DNA of 64,000 bases. Source: Eledone cirrhosa (Eukaryota). The translations under genes and the position numbers were made by a program. This document shows, in pieces, positions 1 to 11,648 of the stretch. The notes under the pieces are model-generated. The model was not told the origin of the DNA and searched no databases. It saw only the letters and a program-made list of their open reading frames with translations. Where the stretch lies: positions 202,058,001 to 202,122,000 of the forward strand of contig OZ024740.1 in NCBI GenBank assembly GCA_964016885.1, in the 5' to 3' direction. Within the stretch, counting starts at the first letter, position 1. Every line of letters begins with the position of its first letter.

Positions 1-45
1 TGAGTGCTCTACCACTACGGATATTACCTTCCAGTGTTCCACCAC

Positions 46-77
<32 letters not shown>

Positions 78-120
78 CGGGGTAACAAATTATTGTTATA
101 GGTAGTCCATAACAATCGCA

Positions 121-227
121 AGCTCTGATGAATTGACTGGTTATAACTTTGTATTGGTGATCGAGTAACGTGAAAATAAGCGGGTAGCGATCTCTAGACC
201 TACCAGTTCAGAGAAACAATTGTCAGC
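121..227 (+). ncRNA. Type I hammerhead ribozyme motif with long stem II insertion
   Basis: Stem I gct/agc; CTGATGA 125-131; stem II arms tgactggt...accagttca around a ~60 nt insert; GAAA 213-216; palindromic stem III CAATTG; cleavage dinucleotide TC 223-224. Confidence 0.6.
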
Positions 228-454
228 AATGAGATTAAAAACGTTTTTTGTATAGCAAACCGTGTCACTCTTCTTTCCTGATTTATATATATATATATGA
301 AGTTCGTCTGCTCCATACAAAGCTTGGCCACTTCTTGCATTTTATGCCTGTTCCTTCTCTTGGCATAAAATCTCAAATAGCTTTTGAATCCTGAAAACCT
401 GTGAAATAATACAATGATGTCTCATTTCGTTCTTGTTTCCACTTTAGGTTTGTT

Positions 455-526
455 GTGTATTATCAGATATTGTTTCAAACTACCATCTGATTTGTAAATT
501 TTCTGACAAACATGTCACTGGAACTG
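455..526 (-). pseudogene. Decayed C2H2 zinc-finger coding relic
   Basis: Minus strand translates QFQ*HVCQKIYKSDGSLKQYLIIH: C2H2 spacing with the first Cys codon turned to TGA and the first His to Tyr. Confidence 0.5.
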
Positions 527-1689
527 ATTCTCTACAGCGAATTTTGAATAATCAACTTAGACTTTACCATCATGTATATATATATATATGTGTGTGTTAG
601 ACTGTTTACTACTAATGGATAGAATCGGTGGTTCGAGCTGGTAAACGATGATGTAACAAATTAATTAAAACACTCAACGTTATGCAAGCCACCCATCGTA
701 GATGTGGCATCCATTGGTTGCTGCAAGAACGGAGTTAAGTATTTATTAAAATAACAGAAGGCCGGACAGGAAAATTTACCCGATTATGATACGAGATTAG
801 GCGATTTCATCAGGTGTTATTTGCAGAATTATGTAACAGAATTAAGTTGAACACAAGTATAGAATAAGAGATAGGAGATAGAAAAAAATAGAAGATAGAA
901 AATAGAAAATTTGATTCAGAGACAGCCTGCCAATATGATGTTATATTGATATATATAGGGCTATGGCTATAACGTTCGAGTATTAACTCAAACGTGCACT
1001 CAATAAAAAAGTATAAGATTTATTTACTTTTCAAAGAAAAAGGTAGGAGTGACTTTAGACTTTCGACATTAATACTTTTACATATACTATTTTTAAATGA
1101 AAAGCTGCCACTATGCATATCAACTATAAAATAGTGGAATAAGCTGGGTAAAATACACCCGAAGACGGACACTGTTTATATAGAAAGAGGAACGATTACA
1201 TAGTTGCATAATTAATTAGAAAGTTAACTTATATGCAATATTCTTTCAGGCAACCCATATATAATTTACCCATGTATTTAAAGGAATTAAGCTCAGGCAT
1301 ATATTTTGAAACTGGATTACAAATATGTTTGGGTTTAACATTTCATCATTTTATTAAATCATTTTACTGTATGTCGTTGTTGTTTCTGTTATTCCATCTA
1401 CCATCATTTTCCCTATCGTCAGAAACACTGCTACCATGACCATTAGAAAAGTAAAAGGAGAGTATATTCCACTTTTCTGGTCTAACTTAAAACATTGTTT
1501 TAATGAGTCATACAAAGGTTAAACCCTCGGTGGTTCTCCTCTGTTGGCGAATTTTTCTTTTTGTTATCGTTTCTTGTTTTTTTGTTTGTTTGGTTTTTTT
1601 TTTTTTTTGGGGGGGGGTCACGCAGAAACCCGCACTGTACTGTCCTGTGCTGTCTTTGATGTATTTTTTGTCAACCCTTTGCGGTTCAC

Positions 1690-1900
1690 TTTTCCTATGA
1701 TATGCTTCCATCCTTTATAATGAGTCAGGGATAGCTGTTTACACTCGTATACGATGTCAGTCACAGTTTCGTCTCTCTCCCCACAGATCCCCCAGAGCGA
1801 GCTAGCCTCTTCCACCTCAATATAGTGTGTCATCCATTTCGTTCTAAGGGTTTGCTCCTGTGCAACCAGTAGCATTTTTCATTCAGGTTGTTCTTCCTCT
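1690..1900 (-). mobile_element. Non-LTR retrotransposon fragment, R4/Dong-like C-terminal zinc-knuckle region
   Basis: LVAQEQTLRTKW...GICGERDETVTDIVYECKQLSLTHYK resembles the AAQDQALRT...CRxCxxxxETxxHIxxxC motif of RLE-type LINEs. Confidence 0.55.
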
Positions 1901-1975
1901 TTGTTGTTACTTCTTTCTTGGACATCCCCTGGTCTATTGTCTCCTCTTTCAATACAGCCTTAAGCACTGACTCTA

Positions 1976-2942
1976 GTGAAACTGGAATGTCTTCAAGTGC
2001 TCACAGCCCTTTGCCAATCGGGCATTGCGATCGGTGGAAACTCCACCTTGGCGTTCAATAGAGTGTTAGTAATGAGCAAAAGCGACTACGTCCTTGAGGA
2101 AACTCTGGTCGTCGACGAAAACCAACTAGCCATTCTCTTCCAGAGGACTTTCGGTCCAGGGCCATGGATAACTTCCAGACGTCCTTGGTCTAGCAGTGCT
2201 ACCACAGAGCGTTGCTAGTTCAAAATAAACTTTACAGGCATGGAAGTGCCGGGCCTGTCCGATATACGCATGGGCGACGAGATTGTCCTGCACACACTCG
2301 TCCAGTGTCCGGGTATTACTGACTTGTGGGCTTATGTAGAACATCTGCTGTCACGAGTAGGACGGATCCGGCTATCAGTTGAGTTCACCGTTAAGATTGC
2401 CCCGTCGCCCTCCTTTAACCAGGAAGGACAGTTTTTATCTGCCTGTTGGCTATGGTGAAAGAAGTCGTATGGTGGACGAGCACTTGCATCTTCGGCGACG
2501 TTCTCATTAACTTTTTTCAGGTTTCAACTAAAAAGAAAAATCAGGGTGAAGAGGGAAGTACTGCCTTCCAGCCAGTTTGTTGAAAGGTGGGTGAGAGACA
2601 AAAATGGCCCGTGTAATGGGTCTGCCCTGAGCGTATACCAGTAGTATTGTAGGAGGACAATTGGGAGAGGGTGCTTGCCGTAGCGGTCATGGTGACCGTG
2701 GCTTTTGTGGGATTTCTCCATGAGTAACTCTCGGTGGTCTCCTCACCTCTGGGGATTTTTCGTTTGTTTCCATTTTTTTGTTACATCTTTTGTTTTTGTT
2801 TCCTTTTGTTCTACAGGCAGAAACCCATATTTGTACCTCCTGTACCGTACTGTGCTGTTCTGTACCGTAATCTACTGTCCTGTACCGTATTGTACTGTCC
2901 TTAATGTATTTTTGTAAACCCTTTGTAGTTAATAAAGAAAGC
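1976..2942 (+). mobile_element. 5'-truncated Tx1/L1-clade LINE 3' end
   Basis: ECLQVLTALCQSGIAIGGNST and HTLVQCPGITDLWAYVEHLLSRVG are homologous to the ORF2 C-terminus at 14765-15559; T-rich 3' UTR ending in aataaa near 2930. Confidence 0.8.
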
Positions 2943-2954
2943 ATTATTATTATT

Positions 2955-3160
2955 GGATTGGCAGTATCGGACACCATGCTTCGCGGCATAGAGTTGCGGC
3001 CCTTTACGGCATGGGTTCAAATCTCGTCGAGGTTAGCTTTGCCTTTCATCCATACGGAGTCGATAAAATAAAGTACCAGTCATGCACTGGGATCGATTTA
3101 ATCGACCCCCCACCCCCCACCCCACCCAATTGCTGGCCTTGTGCCTAAATCAGGAACAAT
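2955..3160 (+). mobile_element. tRNA-derived SINE family A (central domain tttcatccttacggggtcgataaaataaagtaccag)
   Basis: B-box-like ggttcaaatc, conserved central block, tail gctggccttgtgcctaaa plus (att)n. Other copies near 14178, 17478, 17876(-), 18380, 23585(-), 32420, 33310, 36795(-), 42515 and 58690-59480. Confidence 0.85.
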
Positions 3161-3576
3161 TATAATTATTATTATTATTCGGATCCTTTTAAAATTGTCA
3201 TCTGCTTCAATCGTTTTATCGATTTTTTCCTTGCTAGTGTATTTTTTAATTTATTTTTCATAAAATTTTATTTTATTTTTATTAATTAAAGTGTTAAACT
3301 AATTGATAATCATTTTCTTTGTTGTTGTTTTTTAAGATACGTTATTTTGTTAATGTGCTTGGTACCTTGAAATTAAAACATTGATCCAGAAAGATTTAAG
3401 AATTAATAAAGACCATTCAAACTCCCCACCCACCAAAATCGATATCTATTAAGTTGCCATTAAGTAACTCAATTCCATATTTTTGTCAAGTTCTTAAATT
3501 GGGTGATTTTTCTCTTTTAATCATTTATTTCTCATATATATATATATATATGTATATATACATTTTGGGAAGACAC

Positions 3577-3650
<74 letters not shown>

Positions 3651-3736
3651 GTAATAATAATAAATTTGAAGACTAAAATCCAAAGAGGGCTCGATAAGGA
3701 TAAATATATATCAAATATATAAGAACCGTAGAGCAA

Positions 3737-3873
3737 ATATTTATTAAAATAACAGATTAAAGTTTAAGCAAAGAATCGCTGCTTTCACCCTTAACGGGAT
3801 CTTTCGAAGATCCCGTTAAGGGTGAAAGCAGCGATTCTTTGCTTAAACTTTAATCTGTTATTTTAATAAATAT
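3737..3873. repeat. Perfect 67-bp-arm palindrome (3-nt loop)
   Basis: 3737-3803 is the reverse complement of 3807-3873; the arm sequence also occurs at 6775-6836, 47152-47212 and 47965-48023. Confidence 0.95.
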
Positions 3874-3899
3874 ATATATATTTGCCAAATCAACTTTTT

Positions 3900-4154
3900 C
3901 AAATACAAGTCGATGTTGAACGGTATGTCAAATCTATTTATCTATAAAACTGTCTATATTGTATTTTGTCTGAGGAAGGCATAACATATTGTTAATATGA
4001 TATCCCTGAAATATATATAATGAAATAAATATGGTTTTATAAATATAGTTTCCATTTATTTAATATCGTAAATATACTCCAAATACTTGTTGAGTGCTTT
4101 TATATCAGTTATAAATATTTACTAGTTGTAACCCAACATTTTAAATATAACTTT

Positions 4155-4157
<3 letters not shown>
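3900..4157 (+). mobile_element. Solo pseudo-LTR related to the PLE at 10034-14472
   Basis: ataatgaaataaatatggttttataaatatagtttccattt...gttgagtgcttttatatcagttataaa matches the reverse complement of about 10040-10180 and ends in (TA)n. Confidence 0.75.
3962..4027 (+). ncRNA. Type I hammerhead ribozyme motif
   Basis: Stem I tattttgt/atgaaata; CTGAGGA 3970-3976; stem II agg..catatt gtt aatatg..cct; GAAA 4008-4011; stem III TATATA; TA. Confidence 0.7.
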
Positions 4158-4192
<35 letters not shown>

Positions 4193-4448
4193 AGTATAGA
4201 AATCATTATGAGCAAGAAGCACACAGTATTTCATAATATATCAGTGACTATAGCGTCAAAATGGGAAAATAGTTAACGTAAGATGTGGGGAAAATAATTC
4301 AAACTCAATTCAAAAAGAATCAGGATATAGATTCATCCAACAGAATTTAGTGAAATTCAGGGAAAAATCAATACAACCTTAACTCAGAGTAAAATAAAGT
4401 TTAAAATACTCATCCTTCAATTTGGAAATATATATATATATATAAATA

Positions 4449-4518
4449 CAGGATGTCCCAAAAACATGTATACACACTTCAACAGCGTTTTATTAAATAT
4501 GGGTATACATTTTGGGGA

Positions 4519-4523
<5 letters not shown>
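4449..4523. mobile_element. Tc1/mariner-type MITE (~75-110 bp family)
   Basis: TA-flanked cagg(g/a)tgtccc...ggggacac termini; related copies at 17605-17712 and 27957-28046. Confidence 0.65.
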
Positions 4524-4553
<30 letters not shown>

Positions 4554-4561
<8 letters not shown>

Positions 4562-5067
4562 GTAGTTTAGAAAGCCACAACAATGCAGATGGGAAATCTC
4601 GAGGTAGGAAGTGAGTGAGAAATAGGAGAAAAGAGAAAATTGAGAGAAACGAAAATGAAAACAAAACAAAGGTAGAAGGGTTACCGTAGTGGAGATTTAA
4701 TCCCAATATTTCGGACTCACGCCCATCAACGGAGGAAAGTTCCTAAAGGGGGGAACAGGCTAAGCCGGAGAAAGTTGTATTGTCGTTAAAACATAGGAAT
4801 CATAGGAAACACAGGAATCCATTCCTATGTTTTAACGACAATACAACTTTCTCCGGCTTAGCCTGTTCCCCCCTTTTGGAACTTTCCCCCGTTGATGGGC
4901 GTAAGCCCGAAATATTGGGATTAAATCTCCACTACGGTAACCCTTCTACCTTTGTTTTGTTTTCATTTTCGTTTCTCTCAATTTTCACTTTTCTCCTATT
5001 TCTCACTCACTTCCTACCTCGAGATTTCCCATCTGCATTGTTGTGGCTTTCTAAACTACATATTTTA
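4554..5067. repeat. 247-bp-arm inverted repeat (20-bp spacer)
   Basis: 4554-4800 vs 4821-5067 are reverse complements with few mismatches; lies between (TA)n tracts. Confidence 0.95.
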
Positions 5068-5104
5068 CACATTTCACAATGCTTCAAGCAAACTTTAACA
5101 CCCT

Positions 5105-5223
<119 letters not shown>

Positions 5224-5318
5224 GGTAAACAGAAATAACAAAACAAACGGTACAGTATTTAGATTGAATATATTAGTTTAATATATATGTATATACCACA
5301 ACAGTTAGTTCACCATAC

Positions 5319-5355
5319 CGAGAACAAATGTTTCACCTTGCGGATCTTCAGCTCG
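5319..5355 (-). ncRNA. Minimal type I hammerhead ribozyme motif
   Basis: Minus strand reads cgag CTGAAGA tccgcaaggt GAAA catttg TT ctcg; same family as 7644-7758. Confidence 0.65.
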
Positions 5356-5389
5356 GTCTGACACTCAGGTGAAACATTAACATTTGTTC

Positions 5390-5425
<36 letters not shown>

Positions 5426-5804
5426 CTAGCAAAATGACGGGGTTTATAGTAAAAATATATCTAATTTCATATCCCATGGTTACAACATTCTATGTAGAGA
5501 TGCTTGAATCCTCAATTTTCTTTGACTTTCTCCCTTCTTGCCACTCCAGCCATTACCGTATTCCATTTTACATCCATTTAAATCAATTGCAATAAATTGC
5601 TTTTGTATTTTTTTAAATCATTATCATAGATATATACACTAAATTACGACGACTTTCTTCTACCAATGTATCCATCTATCTATCTAACTATTAATCTTCG
5701 GACAGCTACTGGGATTCGTGTTGTATTGTTGTTCTTATCCAAAGATAGATACATGGGTAAGTTTCGACACATGAGTAAGTAGATAGACACTTAGGGATAT
5801 ATAT

Positions 5805-5938
<134 letters not shown>

Positions 5939-6073
5939 ATAGTCGAACAAGGATGTGCGGACTACATAATGGTCTGTCGGTTGTGAAACATAAAAGAAAG
6001 TGCTCTAAGGATTTTAATAAACCAGAACTAAATGAATATGACCTCAGATTTTTTTTATTCATATATATATATA

Positions 6074-7020
6074 CTAGCAGTGTATCCCGGCGTTGCACGG
6101 GTAAGAACATTGGTAATAGCACCTCCAATGAGAAACGTTTATTTGTGAGTGCCTGTTAAAACTCACGAAAATATACCGACAGGAAACCTGTTTTATTTGC
6201 AGAAAGTTAAGAAGTTGAAAGTACAGTTTAGTTGTCTACGTGCATTGTTCATAGAAATATTGTTGAGCCCCTTCTGTTCATAATCCTCTGTTTTGGCCTA
6301 TTGGAGTAAATGTGAAAGAGAAAGTCACAGGTTCAGTTGGCAGAAGGTTCCAGTGCAATAGCAGTAAGGCGTAGGCTACTTACCTCAAAAGTTCATTCGC
6401 TCTCTTTCCACTAAGTTACTCTTTCTCTCTATCCCTCTCGATGTAGTCCCTTGCGAATTTCTCGCATAGGCCTGGTGTAGATTTGCACCCGATCCATCTA
6501 TCCGATGCGCGTGTCCGCTTTGTACAGTTTTTGGAGGGAGGAGTGGCCAGCAGTACGTTGTTCGGTATTATCGAAAAGGTGTAGCAGAGAATCCCGCGTG
6601 AACTAACAGCTCAGGAGGAAACTGCTTACCTCGAAGTTTCATTCGCCATCGTTCTTGTCAACGCTCCGTTTAGTTGGTATTTGTTGGTCTACAGTTAGAT
6701 GAATGGCGCACAAAGGGTTAATGTTTATTGGCAAGAAGTGGCAACTGGGCTGGCTTGCCTCGCTTATATTATATATTAAAATAACAGATTAAAGTTTAAG
6801 CAAAGAATCGCTGCTTTCACCCTTAACGGGATCTTCTGAAACTAAAAAAAATCAATCTGCGAACGCAGAAGTAAATATTTCGTAAAACGTTGCAACCGAA
6901 GGAAAACAGGAAGACGATACTTTGGTTCGTGAAGACGTTCCCTGGTAATGAACGGAAAATAGCGAACATAATACGTCATCAATGCTTGTCATAATGTCGT
7001 AATGCAGACAGCCAGAAACG
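6074..7020 (-). mobile_element. Non-autonomous Helitron-like element (3' end at 6074; 5' limit uncertain)
   Basis: Minus strand ends with the hairpin cccgtgcaacgccggg, 8 nt, then CTAG followed by T; shares internal blocks with 47000-48186. Confidence 0.55.
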
Positions 7021-7259
7021 TTCGGACTCTTTTTCCAAATATTTCAAGCGTTAAACTAATACATACATTTTAACTGGTCAGTGGAAGGCAGGTGATGAAT
7101 GTAAAGGTTAAAATTCTATGGCCATTCTTTATCACCTTCTTTCATACAGCCCTATCCTCCCCCACTTCCACCACCACCCTATCTTAATTACGCCCTCTCA
7201 ATTAACCCCCAGCCCCCACCTCAAGTCTTCCTTATTATGTCTGCTATTGAAACGTTAGT

Positions 7260-7309
7260 TCTTGTCTGATGACCCTCTGATAAACAGGCGAAACTCCAGA
7301 GTAACAAGA
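7260..7309 (+). ncRNA. Type I hammerhead ribozyme motif
   Basis: tcttgt CTGATGA ccctctgataaacaggc GAAA ctc-ca-gag TA acaaga: 6-bp stem I, 3-bp stem III, imperfect stem II. Confidence 0.75.
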
Positions 7310-7404
7310 CTCGCTGTTAAGCCTTAATGAAATAATAAAATGAATATTAAAACTCTACTTCGGTATAGAGTACTCTTTTTTTTTCAGCCGTTAACCACAT
7401 AAGA

Positions 7405-7545
<141 letters not shown>

Positions 7546-7643
7546 GTGGTAGAACACTGGAAGGGAATATCCGTAGTGGTAGACCACTCAGTCCATGGGA
7601 CGAGTTTGGTAGAAGTGGTTACACAACAGTTAGTTCACCATAT

Positions 7644-7681
7644 CGAGAACAATTGTTTCACCTTAGCGGATCCTCAGCTCG
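7644..7681 (-). ncRNA. Minimal type I hammerhead ribozyme motif
   Basis: Minus strand reads cgag CTGAGGA tccgctaaggt GAAA caattg TT ctcg. Confidence 0.7.
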
Positions 7682-7720
7682 TAATGGACATAGTTATATT
7701 CCGTATAACCACGTCTATTA

Positions 7721-7758
7721 CGAGCTGAGGATCCGCTAAGGTGAAACAATTGTTCTCG
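7721..7758 (+). ncRNA. Minimal type I hammerhead ribozyme motif
   Basis: cgag CTGAGGA tccgctaaggt GAAA caattg TT ctcg; palindromic stem III. Confidence 0.7.
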
Positions 7759-7790
7759 ATTTGGTGAACTAACTGTTGTGTAACCAACCA

Positions 7791-7932
<142 letters not shown>

Positions 7933-7952
7933 CACACACACACCCACACACA

Positions 7953-9212
7953 CAGGGTGCGGACGGTATTTGAGGACACATGCATTTTTAGTCATTATTT
8001 TATTTTACTAATTTTTATTGAACTTCTATTTCAGAAAATAACAATGGAAATAACTTAGCTTACTAATGAAATAAAAAAGTAGGCTGTGGTTGTGGCTTTG
8101 AAGGCTAAGCATAGTGATTTAGAAATTTCTCATTTTCTAAAAGTTGCAAGATCTTTTGTCCACAACATTCGGTTTGAGTTAGAGAAAGAAGATGGAAGCA
8201 TATTACCTGTATCAAAACGTAAAAAACATTTCAAATGCTCTGATTCTATCAGGACACTTAATTTATTCAGGAAGTTAAGCAAAACATTGATAACAATCCA
8301 GGAAAATCAATGAGGTCAATTGCAAAAGATTTTGGTGCGCCAGATAAAACAATCAGAAATGTTGTGCATGAAGACATCAGATACAAATCTTACGTGATGA
8401 GGAGAGGTCGATTCATGTCAGAAAAAAACAAAAGAAAGGCGCTTAATCAGATCCAAAAGACTTTTGAACAAACTTAAAAATCCATCAGATGATGCGATTT
8501 GGTTTTTCTCGGATGAGAAAAACTTTGACCAGGATCAGAAAACTAACAGAAGAAATGAGAGGTGGCTATGTGCAGACCCTTCTGAGGTACCAAGAGTAAT
8601 GCACACACAATTTCCTGCAAGTGTCATGGTTTTGGGTGTTGTTAGCAATGAAGGACATGTGATTCTCCTCACTTTTTTCCACAAGGCCTTAGAGTGAATG
8701 CTGCTGCATATATTGAGGTTCTGGATAAAGTTATTAAGCCTTGGATCAACAGTGTATGCAATGGAAGGCCTTATGTCTTTCAACAAGATTCTGCACCATC
8801 ACACAAGGCTCAGATGACACAAGAATGAATGGCCGTAAAATTGCATGATCACATCACCCAACATTTAGCGTCCTAATTCTCCAGATCTCAATCCACTGGA
8901 CTACTATGTACGGAGCATCGTTGAGAAAAATGTCAATGAACACCCCCCATAGCACCAACGATTCTTTGAAAGCCGCAATAGTTAGAGTCTGTCCGATATG
9001 AATAAGGACCACTTAATCCGAGCTTGTAAACGATTTCAACCCCGTGTAGAGGCAGTTATTGATGCTTATGATGGTTTTATTGAATGAAATTATTAAACTG
9101 ATAATTTAGCTTTATGTTTATGTTATTTTTATAAGAACACAGTTTTTTTCAGTTATTTTATAAGTGTTTTTTTTAAACCATAAATCTGTCCTCAAATACC
9201 GTCCGCACCCTG
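7953..9212 (+). mobile_element. Full-length DD37D (maT) Tc1/mariner transposon, decayed
   Basis: Perfect 26-bp TIRs (cagggtgcggacggtatttgaggaca); TA on the right flank; transposase remnants inside. Confidence 0.92.
8044..9087 (+). pseudogene. DD37D transposase pseudogene
   Basis: WFFSDEKNF, VMVLGVVSNEG, VFQQDSAPSH and SPDLNPLDYY; 37 residues between the 2nd and 3rd Asp after frameshift repair; several stops and frameshifts. Confidence 0.88.
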
Positions 9213-9292
9213 TATATATATATATATATATATATATATGTAAATGAAAAGTATAGAAATTATTATGAGCAAGAAGCACACAGTATTTCATA

Positions 9293-9348
<56 letters not shown>

Positions 9349-9392
9349 TAATTCAAAATATTAACAAATATAGACATTCGTGTGATCAAGTA

Positions 9393-9459
9393 TATTTTAT
9401 TATACATATTTCATAGGTACTGAGGTATCTTCAACAGTACGTCCTCATCAGATAAAATA
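9393..9459 (-). ncRNA. Type I hammerhead ribozyme motif
   Basis: Minus strand reads tattttat CTGATGA ggac-gtactg...cagtac-ctat GAAA tatgta TA ataaaata; perfect 8-bp stem I. Confidence 0.7.
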
Positions 9460-9652
9460 AGATGATGCTTGACATACCTTGACTCAGTAGATGGTTAAAA
9501 TTCAGACATGGCAGTGAATATATATATATATATATATATACATATATATATTGCAAGAGATGTCAACATGAATGGACCTGTTATTTTTATCTAAAGACAT
9601 TTTTTCCAATTCCAATCGCCCGTCCCCTCAATCTATCTTATTTCTCATTCTT

Positions 9653-9688
9653 TCTTCTGATGAAGGACTAGCGTCCGAAACGTTAAGA
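9653..9688 (+). ncRNA. Minimal type I hammerhead ribozyme motif
   Basis: tctt CTGATGA a ggac-tagc-gtcc GAAA cg TT aaga; stem III reduced to the palindrome AACGTT, as in PLE minimal HHRs. Confidence 0.75.
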
Positions 9689-9734
9689 CCCTCTTCCTGC
9701 TATATCAAGCGTTAACCTAATATATACCTTCCAT

Positions 9735-9972
<238 letters not shown>

Positions 9973-10168
9973 CGGTACAGTATATATATATATATATATA
10001 TACTGTCAAATTCAGAAACGAAATATATATATATATGTAGAGTTTATATTTAATTTGTTGGGATACAACAAGCAAAATATTTTTATAACTGATATAAAGC
10101 ACTCAACAAATTATTGGAGTAAATGTACAATATATTAACAAATGGAAACTATATTTATAAACCATATT

Positions 10169-10234
10169 TATTTCATTATACATATTTCAAGGGCCACCAA
10201 GGCAAACTATGGTGCGCTTTCATCAGATAAAATA
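10169..10234 (-). ncRNA. Hammerhead ribozyme in the PLE 3' pLTR (element sense strand)
   Basis: tattttat CTGATGA aagcgcacca...tggtggccctt GAAA tatgta TA atgaaata. Confidence 0.8.
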
Positions 10235-11274
10235 TAATATAAGTTAGTTTTATAAATAAATATTGACATACTCTGAAAAAATGCAACCATTCTGGTTGGA
10301 ATCTCCTGGATAGTGGGGTTATTAGATTTATTGTTGGTTTATTATTCAAATTAGTGTCGGAAAGGTTTAAATAACAGTATATTTAAATTAAGCCGTTGGA
10401 ATAGGGAAAAAAGAAAGAAAGAGAAAAAAAATGAAAGAAAGAAAGAGAAAAAACCTGAGTATATTTAAGTGAGAGAGAATATTAGTTATAAGGATAGTAA
10501 TAGCGTAATTTTGAGAGAAGAGGCGAAGAAATGAATATAGCGTGGATGAATACCGTAGCGTGGATAAACAATAAATAATAAAGCGTGGGATAAATAATAA
10601 TATCCGGATTCATTATAATGATAAGTTGAAGAATTTTATCTAATGTTTAATTAATAAATTTGATTAAATATTTAATTAATAATTTATCAATTCAATCTGT
10701 AGTTTAAATGTGTATGTTAGATTATTAAAATTGAGACCTATATATTATTAAAGAATATATATTATTAAAATATATATTATTAGAAATTATGTTATTATTA
10801 CAAAACCATATATAATTTTATTAATTATTAATTAATTATTTAAAAAATTTGTAAGTTTAAAATATCCGAATATTTCTAAGCCCATGGAAATTCCGAGAGT
10901 TTACAGAAGAATAATCCCTTATTTGTAATTGCAGTAGAGCGTAAAGGAAATTGCTAGTGATTTATTAATAATTTAGATAGCTCTAAGGATTAAATGCTAT
11001 AAAGTTAAGATGTTAAAAAATTAAATTTTCCATCTTAATAATGTAATTAGAGTATTAATCTTATGTTATTTTATAGCAAGTTATAATTTTATAAATCTAC
11101 CTGTTATACAGTTATGACTATTAAAACATAATTTTTGTTTGCTATAACGTCTTAACATTTAAATTTTTTTCATAGGAATATATCTAACGCATAAACCATA
11201 AAAAAACTCTTTCATAAGAGTATATCTATAGAATATATTTAAAGTATAAATTTTATATATATATAAACATTTTG

Positions 11275-11333
<59 letters not shown>

Positions 11334-11648
11334 GCATTTGAAAAATATATAAATATAAAAATATAAAATATACAATATAAAATATGAATTATAATTTTAA
11401 AAAATGAATTATAATTTAAAAAAATATAAGAATATAGAAAGTAAAATACACAGTATAAATATGAATTATGAATTATAATTTCCTTATACCCATCAGAGGA
11501 ATTTTCAAAAAAATCCTTCTTCAAATCTTTCAGTACGTTTATCAAGAAAAGTTTTTCAAGAAAAATTTTTTCTTTCAAGAGTGTTATAAGCAGTCATATG
11601 AAGGAATCTAATGAATTATCGATAGGTTTAATAAAGATGAGTTATGTA

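Larger units (their letters stand above)
7617..7785. repeat. 69-bp-arm inverted repeat carrying two hammerheads
   Basis: 7617-7685 vs 7717-7785 are reverse complements with one mismatch. Confidence 0.95.

Noticed and set aside
765-820. Minus-strand CTGATGA candidate
   Set aside because: No properly placed GAAA or stem III.
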